This document shows positions 36,744 through 46,804 of a stretch of 63,616 nucleotides of DNA, piece after piece; position 1 is the first letter of the stretch, and every line of letters starts with the position of its first letter. The notes under the pieces were generated by a model. That model was given only the letters and a program-made list of their open reading frames with translations, did not search any database and was not told the DNA's origin. The DNA lies in contig QPGO01000304.1 in assembly GCA_008632985.1 (NCBI GenBank), forward strand, positions 1 through 63,616. The letters are read 5' to 3'. The stretch is from Psammoneis japonica. Its lineage: Eukaryota. Position numbers and translations under genes: made by a program.

Positions 36744-38008
36744 ATGCCCTTCGTCGATACAATCGATGACGAAACCACCCTCGTTGACCTCAAGGCTCGA
36801 CTCGAGTCGACTCCGCTTGCTCTCGTGGTGGCTGTGGCATCCTTTGGTGGGCCCAAATGCAAGTCTCTCCTTGACGATTTGCCCTTGCTCGAAAAAGACT
36901 ATGACAATGGTTCTACTTGCTGTGGTCCTGCCCCGATCAAACCCCAAGTTTTGATTTTGCATACCGACGCTTGTGACGAATTGGAAGACATGGCAATCGA
37001 ATTGGGCTTGAACGAAATACCGTCGTTTCAATTTACGCGAATGGCAAATTGGTAGCATCAAACATGGAGGGAGAGGCTGTGTCTGTTGCAAGCATTCGCA
37101 CTAGTCTTCAAGAGATTGCCGCTACAGGAACTCTCCGTAGTAGTAACGGAGGGGGCTGCTGTAGTCCCCCTACCAACAACAAAACCAACAAACCAGCCGT
37201 GTGCTGTCCGGATGATTCATCGGATCCCAATTCCGCTCCCACTGACCCCTCAGACGTGCTACGAATGGTGCAACAATCGTATGCCGCTACAGTCAACCGC
37301 AACAACGACAAGGACGGCGGCGGCGGTGGATGCTGTGTCAGTGTCGATCCAGCCTTAATGGGCTACACGCCGGAACAAATCACCAAGGCGGGCGCGGAAT
37401 CCAATTTGGGATTGGGTTGTGGAAATCCCATGAGCTTTGCCAACCTAGTTGAGAATGAGACTGTTCTCGATTTAGGAAGTGGTGCTGGAGTTGATTGCTT
37501 TTTGGCTGCCGACCTTGTGGGACCTTCCGGCACTGTGATTGGAGTCGACATGACGCCCGACATGATTTACAAGGCGAGGACCAATGCGGTGAATAAAAAG
37601 ACAGCCAATGTAGAATTCCGTTTGGGAGAGATTGAGCACCTTCCCGTAGCCGATGGTACGGTGGATTGCGTCGTGAGCAATTGCGTGATTAATCTCAGTC
37701 CCAACAAGCCGCAGGTGTTTCGAGAAATACACCGCATTCTCAAACCGGGTGGTCGCATTGCCGTGTCGGATGTGGTGATTCGTCCCGAAAAGATTATACC
37801 CGATCGTCTCAAGACGGCCGAGGCATTGGCTTGCTGAGTTACCGGGGCGCCACAAATGGCGTCCCTTGAAGAGTACTTGGTGGATGCGGGATTTTGTGAC
37901 GTGGAGGTAAAGCTCAAGGAGGAGAGCCGAGAGGTTATCAAGCAGTGGTTACCAGGGAGTGGGGCCGAAGACTATGTGGTTGGTGCCCAGATTACGGCGA
38001 AAAAGTAG
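36744..38008 (+). CDS. arsM: Thioredoxin-fold / arsenite S-adenosylmethyltransferase fusion; probable selenoprotein (TGA 37835-37837)
   Basis: [39 protein letters not shown]. ArsM homology continues in frame after the TGA (AC*VTGA...L.DAGF...[18 protein letters not shown]) to TAG at 38006. The N-terminal Trx-like part joins through a 1-bp shift at about 37031. Confidence 0.82.
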
Positions 38009-38079
38009 AACAATGAACTCGATGTGAGACTGCATGCAGAGAGCGATGCACGCATTGAGTCTGCGCTTCTAGAATGCGT

Positions 38080-38170
38080 TGCGGTTGGCGTGAATGAATG
38101 ACGATGCATCTACAGCTGCGCATGTGATATGACATTGCAGTGGAGGATGCGCCTGAAGAACGATTTCAAG
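38080..38170 (+). promoter_or_regulatory. Candidate SECIS element in the 3' UTR
   Basis: ATGAC (38098) GATGCATCT pairs with GGATGCGCC TGAA (38154), giving a quartet plus helix II. The canonical apical AA is not evident. Confidence 0.4.
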
Positions 38171-38384
38171 TGGACATCTAGTAGATTTCACGTGGGTCAA
38201 TTCATGTCGACAAGAGTGCTGCGCAACAACATGTGCTTCAACTCAGTCATGCTCTTATAAGCAACATTTAATGTGAACACTGCATGCATCTAGGTTAAAT
38301 GTGCTCAGATTACTTTTCGAGAAGAGCCACAGCATCCCTTGTCTATCCGTGTTGTCCGTCATGGTTTGTAGCCAGTGCATTTAT

Positions 38385-40434
38385 TCGATCTCTGCACAGT
38401 TGCTCCAATCACAAGCATTCAACCTCTGAATTAGCACAGCTGGTGCATTGTCTTTCCATCAGACTGCAAGACTTTCTGTCAAACTCTGTTTCCTGTGTTT
38501 TATTTGCCTTTTGGTTGTTCCTTCACAACACAAGAAATTCATTGCAGACAGGTGTGGTTCCTTGGAAGCAAGTTGCCACTGGCCAGCTTGACAAGTCAGT
38601 CATTTGCACTTTTGTTTTCTTTGAATTTGTGACAAAGTGCTGTCCCAAAATGCCAGCAGCAGATCTTACAATGACAAAAAGCACAGGGAATGATTGAACA
38701 ATCAGCACAAGGTTTTGGTGCAAAAGTGGTGGCGTTTTGATTGAAGGTGGTGGATTGCTTTCCTTGCTTGGAAACCATGGATGATGAGCCAACAGCCTCC
38801 ATTGAGGCAACATGTGGCTGCTGCTGAAAGTGTTGTTGTTGATGGCATCAAGGCACCCATGCAGCAACAAGGGAAGCATGTTCAAAACAAGTGACTCTGT
38901 GATGTTTGATTTGAGTGAGTGTCTCACTTGTGTGCAGGCACACTGCACAGCAGTTGCATCACAACATGCAACAAATTGACAAAAAGAAGCAATGAGCAAG
39001 ATGTGTGAAATCACCTGTGCTCAAGCGATGGTTTGGGTGGACATGATTTGCAAGTTAAACAGCAAAGCTGCAGCCCACAACTCTCCAAAAATTTTGGATT
39101 TGTCTGGTCTGCTGCCTGTGGTGATTTTCTGCTGAGAGCATCCCATGCTGCATGCAGGGCTGCACACTCTCACAGGCAGCCTGTGTTGCTTGACAGATGA
39201 TGTCCAGGTGCAGCTGAATGGGGTGCAGGAAATGACTCAGCAGTGTGGTGGGTGGCACATGATTTCTGGTGCTGCTGTTTTAGAAAGCAGCACAAGCATC
39301 CCGGTTTTCTGCTGATGGCTGTGCTTGGGTTCACACAAGTTGTTGTTGTTCTGGAATCAGAGCAAGCACTCCCAGCACAACATTTGCAAGCTTTGTGCAA
39401 CAGATTGCCACCCAGTCTTCAAAAGAAGCAAATGACTGTTTGTCAACCCAGGCTCTGGCAACAAGAGGAGGAGGTTTCAGTGTGCACAAACAGAACGGCA
39501 CCTGGCTTGCACAAATGTTGTTGTGCTTCCTGCAAGCAAGGTGATGAGTGAGGTCATTCTTGTTGGCTCCAGTCACAAGAAGAGTTGTGAAAATGGAAGC
39601 AACCATCTGATGTCTGGCTGGAGACACCCAAAGCCTTGCTTGCATGTGAACCACAATTGCTTTCTTGTCATGCTGTGCCAAGACCTCCTCCAAAAGACAA
39701 TCTGTGCCCCAAGAAAATGCTGCATGGAAGGACGCCCCAGCCTTGTTGTTCATCACATGTCATGGAGAAATTGCCTGTTCAAGAACATGTGGATGAACAT
39801 TTTGTCTCTGGCAAAAAGAGCAAGCACCAGCAAAGAGCATCAAGTCCATTGGGAGATTCTTCAGATGGCAGCAAAAAAATTGTCAAACCTGTGTGCCCAC
39901 AACAAAGATGTGGAGTGTGCAAAAATGTCTGTTTCTGGAAAATCATGTGAGGGCTCATGGCAGTTTGTAAAACAAGGCTCAAGAAAGTGGCAACATTGCC
40001 AAGGTCAGCAAATGGACAAACACAACAAAGAATGTGGCATTTGTCATGGTCTTCATGTTTGTCAGCTTGTGACTGTGCTGCAAACCTGGTGTGATGCCAT
40101 CACCCAGCAGCCACTTGTTTGTGTGGCATGTCAGGGGGGGGAAAAGAAAGCAAGAACATCAACCGTGATTTGTGCCACATCTGGAGCAGTTGTGTCAATG
40201 AAAAGAGCTGCCAAGCTTGCAACAAGCTCCCCAATGTTTTGCCACCATTCAGGGCAAAAGAAGCACTCTCAAGAGAAGCAACTTCTTTGTGCTTTCGGGG
40301 AAGAGCACAGGTGTGGTGCACAACAACCTTTTTGTTGCAGGCACAAAGAGTTTGGAGAGGAGAGTTCTTGCAGGGATGGCCCAGCCACCCCAAGTCATCA
40401 AGAATGTTGCACCATCCATTGCTGGCATCTTTGT
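38385..40434. mobile_element. Eroded island 4, left part (host of the copia insertion)
   Basis: TpA/CpG-depleted. Continues at 46805 on the other side of the TSD. Confidence 0.6.
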
Positions 40435-40710
40435 TGACAGAAACTGAAGGCAAATGGCAAGAATTCAAACAACAACTCCTTGCTGCTGTCTAAACAGCAG
40501 ATGAGTCTCAGCTCAGAGACCGTCACAGGAGCCGAAAGACGTGCAAGTCGGTACAACTGGGCCACTGTTGTCATTCTTGTGAGCCTTGTGGCTCGAAAGC
40601 AAACTGCATCGCGCGTGAACGCGCGGAACTAAAGCACACAAAACTGTGCGCGGCAAACTAAACAGCGCGCGACACTTCGCGCGCATCCAAATCCTGTTCA
40701 AATCCTGTCA
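40435..40710 (-). repeat. 3' LTR (276 bp)
   Basis: Begins TGACAG and ends CTGTCA. Preceded on the minus strand by the PPT-like AACTGGGGAG (40711-40720). Confidence 0.95.
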
Positions 40711-40719
40711 CTCCCCAGT

Positions 40720-43700
40720 TTGCTTGAGGAGCCACAGAAACAGATTCGACTTCGGATGGAATGAAGTTCCAGAACATGAGGGGGCAGAGAAGGTCCCAGA
40801 TTTGGGAGCAACCCCAATGCTTGCTGAGAATGTCAGCAGGGTTGCGGGAGCCTTCGATGAAGTGGAACTCAAGGCAACCAGAGGCAATTGCCTCACGCAC
40901 ACGGTGGAACGACAGTGCGGTGTGTCGCTTGTGTAACTTGGAGTGCGGGATGGTGGCACTGTCTACAACCGACTTGTTGTCACCGAACATGCAACTAACA
41001 TTACGGATCGGGACGCCAAGGCAGCGCAGGGTGATGCGCAGGTCGACAATCTGCTCAACACAATTCCTTGCGGCAACAAATTCAGATCCGTAGGTTGCAG
41101 TCTCCACGGTGGCTTGTTTCTTGGAGAACCAATCAGCCGGGAATTTGTTGAGGAAGTGGAGCATTCCCATGACAGAGCATCCGGTGAGCATGCAATGGTG
41201 CAAGTTTGCATCGACGTAGTGGGTGGCAGTGACGAACTTGCCAAGGGGCGGTGGAGCGTCCTTCGGGATCATCTCTTCTGCTTCACCATGCACGGAATGC
41301 ATCCATTCATAGGCCGGAGCAGGGAGATCCGAATGGTCGGGCTCTTCCGTGCGAACGCGGAGAGCACCGTGTCGCATCTTGGAGAGGTGCCCACAGACGC
41401 GTTTGGCACGATCCAAGTGGCCTTGACGGGGCGCAGCTCGGAAGCTAGAGAGTGACATGACAGCCGTGGTAATGTCAATTCGACCAAGGGACACTGCCCA
41501 TTGGAGTGAACCAACAAGAGACTGGAACTTGTGAATGCCATCGGATCCCAGCAGTTCGGAAGTGTCCAGTTCGGGGTGGTCACCCTTCTCTAGAGGTGAC
41601 AGGGCGTTGGTGGCAGGTTTCTCCCCAAACAGTCGGGCGTAGCTGTCAACCATGCGCTCGATGTACTTGCGCGGAGACAGGCACAAGGTTCCGTCGGGGT
41701 CCCGGGAAAAGTCGCAACCCAGATGGAACTCAATGGGTCCCGTGCCCTTGAGCTTGAACTTGCACTTTTCCGTGAGAGTGTCGACAAAAGATTGAGGGTC
41801 CTTCATGGCAATGGCGAGGTCATCCACATAAACGGCAATGTGTTCATAGTGGTCGCCGTTCCTGCGCATCCAAATGTCGGGTTCAGCGCAGCAGGGGAAG
41901 AAGCCTTCAGCTCGCAGGCAGTCGGCGAAGCGCTCGTGCCAGCGGAGACCGGAGCTGCGCAGTCCATGCAGTGCCTTGTGGATGACAAGGATGTGTCCTT
42001 CGAGTTTGCCAAATTCGGGTCCAGCCACAATGTAAAGCTTCTCCTTGGTGGTGGCTTCAAGGCAGGCATTGCCAATGTCGGTGGCCCATGTCTCCAGCTC
42101 GTTGAGTTCGGCCAGGAAAATCATCAGCCGAAGGCCACGGAGGGAGACTGCTCCGGAGCAGACACTGTCGACAGGTACGTCCGTGAGGTGCCCGTCGGCT
42201 ACGAGTCGTGCCTTGTGGCGACCGTCGTGTTTCACGTCGCACACCAGGTGCACTCGGATCTTCTTGTGTCCCGCAGGAGGAGTGGAAGACTTGAAGGGCC
42301 CGCAGTCATGGAAGACTTCGTATTCGTTGAGTTGGTCCATCTCGAGATTAGTTGCGTCTCCCCACTTGCGGTTGCCGTTGCGTTCGTCTAGTGACATGGC
42401 ATGTTTGCAGTTCCGGGGAACTTCGTATCCGCACTTGTGGCGAGGTGCAGTGCGGAAGGAGCGAAGCTTGGCTTGGTTGGCCATGCGAAATAGCTTCTTT
42501 TGGCGCCTCGCGATAGTGCGGAACCGCTTCCAGCCATCCGTGTCGAGGAGTCCGTTCTCTCGTGCATAGATGGCACAGGTGACGGGGTCGTCCTTGGCGA
42601 TGATGGCAAGAGGCTCGGACGTGATCTCCCCACTTTCCCATTCAAGCATGATGTTGTAGCTTGAGCCTTTCCAGGTTGGGTCGTGAGGCTTCAGAGGTCC
42701 TTCGTGTGATGCAATGCGTCGAAATTTCCAAATGGTGGTGTCTTCGTCTTCTTGCTCAATGTGATTCATGATGTCATTGCAGGCAAGGACTTCCTCGTAT
42801 TCGTCATTGTTGACAGAGCAGACGAACTCAGTGAGCTCGGGATTGCCGTTCACTTTCCATTCGTGGTCTTCGACGGCCTTGACGATGCGAGCTCTGTGGC
42901 GTTGTCTGTCCTCTTGTGGCTGCATGAGGAAGGTACGTCCAATGATGTCTTGCGGATCGAAAACTGGCATCTTGGGTGTCCTGATCTCCCCATCAGGAGA
43001 ATCGACGGGGTTGTCGTCATGGCGAGATTTGATGATGGGTTCAGGTGGCTCCCCATCAGGAGGATCAAGACGCAGGTTTCGAACGGCAGGTTCGGGGGTG
43101 GCGGAGCGAACGTTGGACCGGCAGAGGATCTTCTGAGTCTCGTCAGATAGGATCTTGAAGGTCATCTGGTGGCCGACGTGCTCAGCAATGCCAACAAAGC
43201 GTCCACGCAACTCACGGGATTCGGACGGCCAATCGGAGTCATCGAGGTGGAAGCACACTGGTTCCCACCAGTGAAAGCGAAGCAATGGGCTGATGTCCGG
43301 GGTGGATCCAGTGAGAGTCTCGAGGGGCGTGCGCCAGTGGAGACGTGGGGACGCTGTGTGGTTGAGTGTGAAGCACACGCACATGAGCGCCAGCAGCCAT
43401 GTGTGGGCGGGCGAACCAAAACGGTCCATGACAGTGTTCGCCATGCGCTTCACGGTCTGGCATCGACGTTCGGCAAAGTTTTGGTGTTGCTGGTGAGGCT
43501 CACTTTGCCAGCTGGAGATGAAGAGGGCGCGCAGGATCCCGAGCACTTTGTTGCTGATCTCAACTTGAGCACGGTCGCTAATGAGTTTGGATGGGGCACC
43601 ACGTTCACGGATCTGATCCTCGAGTGTGTTGACAAACTCTTTGTCCGTCTTAGTGCCGCAGACGTCAGTGACGGTAGACTCGGTGCCAACAAACAGTTGG

Positions 43701-46139
43701 GCGCTGGTGCAACCAGAGTCGACGGCCGGGGTGTCGGCACAAACGGTGTCAGTGGCGAGAGGCTCGTTGCGGAGGTGGAACGTCATCGCCCTTGGGGTCA
43801 ATCGCACGCAGATGACACTCGTAGAACACGTCGTCGTTCGGAATGAGGTGATCATCGAGGGCGGACGCGTGATCGGCAGACAAGGAAGCGGACAAGATGG
43901 TCTCGTTGACAACGACACGGTGACGGTAGTTGCCGCATTCGTCAAATGGGTTGGCAGTGGGATCGTCCTGCAGGTCAGAGATCGCGTCGCACCACTGGTC
44001 GTCGTCAGTGACAGAGTGATCGAGGACGGAAGGGTCCCATGTGTCATCACCGGCAAGGATGACATGGGGCAGGGTGTCCCATTCGGCATCAGTGCAAGGT
44101 CGCATGGCAACACAAGGCAGGCCAGCCTTGATGTCAATGGGGATGACATGCCATCAGGAGTGGCAATGCGTTGCAAGCCGTTGGGCACCTTGACAGAGCG
44201 ATCGTTGACATCCTGTTTGTGCCATTCGAGCTGGCCGCAGGAATGGATGGTCTTGCCCTTTCCCGTGCATGCGCACTGATGGAGGATGGCGATGACGGGA
44301 CCACGCTGGGTCTCAATGACGGCACCAGCGGTGACAATGGGGATGTCCACCAATTGATGATCGTCAATGCCCTGAACGTCGACTTGGCGAGAGGTGCGTG
44401 CAATGACGCGAACGTCGTCGCCAGCAATGCCGCCGTTGGCCCCACGATCGACTAGAGTGCCAGTGCATGTGGAGCGATGAGCAGAGGCAGAGTAAATGAC
44501 ATTGTGGTTGTTGACGCGGCGGCAAGTGCGGCCGTTAAGTTCTGTGTCATCTGCAGAAGCTGGCGGGGTAGAGGAAGCGGCGGATGGCCCCGGTCGACTG
44601 GCATTGGGGGCTTGGTTAGGAGACAACAGACGTTGCAGATCACCGGGTGGCAGTGGCTTGCGCTTGGTGAGGTGCGCCAGGATGGGATCATCCAAAGTGG
44701 CGTCCACATGTGTGGCGGGGTCACCACAGTCAGCAGGAGTCGTGTTGGACAAGTTGACATCACCGTCACTCCCAAGGTGTTGGTCGTGAAGGTTGGCCGT
44801 AACAGACTCATGCAGTTGCTGGCTCGCGGGTTGCGGGGAGGCGGACGAGAATGCTCAAGGATGATCGCCTTGGAGGAATCGGGCAACGAATCCCAGAGCC
44901 GTTGGTGGTCGGGAGGGAGACGTCTCCATTGGACACCGGTGAGGCTGGGACCGCGGGTGCAGGCAGCATTGGCTTGAAGGACGTCAACGTCGCTGTCAAT
45001 GTCGTAGAACACATCGTCGGACGGTTCCTCGGAGCAGACGTCGTGTGCGTGCATGGCGCGTTGGGGAGCTCTGGGTGTCGTCTTGGGTTGAAACGTGCTG
45101 TCGTGCTGAGCTGCCGCGGAGAGGAGCAAGCCACAGCATTGATCGTATGTGAGGCTCTTGCCACTCTGCGTACGATGCTGATCAGCTTGGTTCTTGACAG
45201 CACGGAGTTCCTCGACAGGGTGCACGGCATTCTCGAGCATGACGCGCTTCTGTCCTTCAGAGAAGTGGTCACTGGCAGGGATGAGTGCCTCGTACTTGCA
45301 CAACTGATCTTGCCAATGAAGGATGAACCCGTGGGTCGGACCTTTCCAAGTGCCATCACCAAGACGTGCGGTGGTGAGGTGCGTGAGCAGGGTGGAGGAC
45401 TCGATGGATGCACGGGTGGAGGCAAGCGCGCACTCAGACAAGGAGCGGCAGACGGTCTGTGCNNNNNNNNNNNNNNNNNNNNNNNNNNNNNNNNNNNNNN
45501 NNNNNNNNNNNNNNNNNNNNNNNNNNNNNNNNNNNNNNNNNNNNNNNNNNNNNNNNNNNNNNNNNNNNNNNNNNNNNNNNNNNNNNNNNNNNNNNNNNNN
45601 NNNNNNNNNNNNNNNNNNNNNNNNNNNNNNNNNNNNNNNNNNNNNNNNNNNNNNNNNNNNNNNNNNNNNNNNNNNNNNNNNNNNNNNNNNNNNNNNNNNN
45701 NNNNNNNNNNNNNNNNNNNNNNNNNNNNNNNNNNNNNNNNNNNNNNNNNNNNNNNNNNNNNNNNNNNNNNNNNNNNNNNNTGAGCTGCCGATGGACACAG
45801 AGACATGCAGTCCGGGCTGAGGCGGCAGGCAAGGAACTCGTCATGCGCGAACAAAGAGGAGTCGTTGGCAACGTCAAGACCTTTGTGTGCTTTGACAATG
45901 CACAGACTGACCAGTGCTGCTAACATGTTCTTATAACCACGGGGCAAAGGGATTGCATCAGTGCCATTGTCGCACTCAAGCGAGTCGATTTGGGACGGCA
46001 TGAACGTGAACAGTTCCTGATGCGAGTCCGTGCCGTCTTGGGCCAAAGCCAAACGAAGAGGACTCCCAGCACCTTGGGCAAGCACGGTTCCAACAACGTG
46101 CTCGAAACCATCGGTTTGTTGCTGACGAGTGAGAACCAT
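40720..46139 (-). pseudogene. gag-pol of the copia element (frameshifts, probable internal deletion near 43790, N gap)
   Basis: Gag MVLTRQQQ..., protease LVDRGANGG, integrase ATDTV...SDRAQ...SEPHQQHQNFAERR, RT KARLVA...YVDD, RNaseH YVDAN...GSEF...DNKSV...NPADILSK. Confidence 0.93.
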
Positions 46140-46587
46140 GGCAGACAAAAGTGGTGTCAGGACAATCAGTTCTGGTTGGGAAGCGAAGGCAGACTCGAAA
46201 CTTGGGTGAGAACAGACTTGACTTGAAATGGACTTGACTTGAAATCTTGAACTGTCTTAAAATCAGAAGTCGCCGGGCTTTGTTGTCCCGTTCGTTGTCA
46301 AGTGCTAAACTTCCTGTCCGGTCCGTAGAGTTGTGCCGGCACGTCCGAACCCGCAGCTGGTGGCGCTTTGGGTTGCTTACGAGCGGAGCAGCGGGTTGTA
46401 AACCCCTGCAGGCAAGCTGACTGGAGGTGGACAAGACCCCCGAACCGTTCTTGTTTTATGTCGGTTGGATTTCCCGATCAGGCTGGCCAGTTGACGAGGC
46501 GTTGGCGCTGTGGACGAACGAACAAACGCGGGAAAGCACCCTCGCCCCAACGCAGGCTGCAATCACGGCTGCTTGCTCTCACAGTNN

Positions 46588-46804
46588 ATAGCAGATGAGT
46601 CTCCGCTCAGAGACCGTTGCAGGAGCCGAAAGACGTGTAAGTCGGTATAATCGGGCTGCTGTTGTTATTCTTGTGAGCCTTGTGGCTCGAAAGCAAACTA
46701 CATCGCGCGTGAACGCGCGGAACTAAAGCACACAAAACTGTGCGCGGTAAACTAAACAGCGCGCGATGCTTCGCGCGCATCCAAATCCTGTTCAAATCCT
46801 GTCA
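46588..46804 (-). repeat. 5' LTR (visible part; inner end and PBS lost at the NN gap)
   Basis: Aligns without gaps to 40494-40710 with 11 differing sites. Confidence 0.93.

Larger units (their letters stand above)
40435..46804 (-). mobile_element. Ty1/copia (CoDi-type) LTR retrotransposon, inactivated
   Basis: Two LTRs with TGACAG...CTGTCA ends, 5-bp TSD TTTGT (40430-40434 and 46805-46809), PPT next to the 3' LTR, domain order gag-PR-IN-RT-RNaseH. Confidence 0.97.

Noticed and set aside
40720..46139. Alternative genetic code or classical RIP as the explanation for the Tyr>Cys/His pattern
   Set aside because: Host genes use TAY for Tyr normally, non-coding LTRs show the same change, and RIP would create TA rather than remove it.
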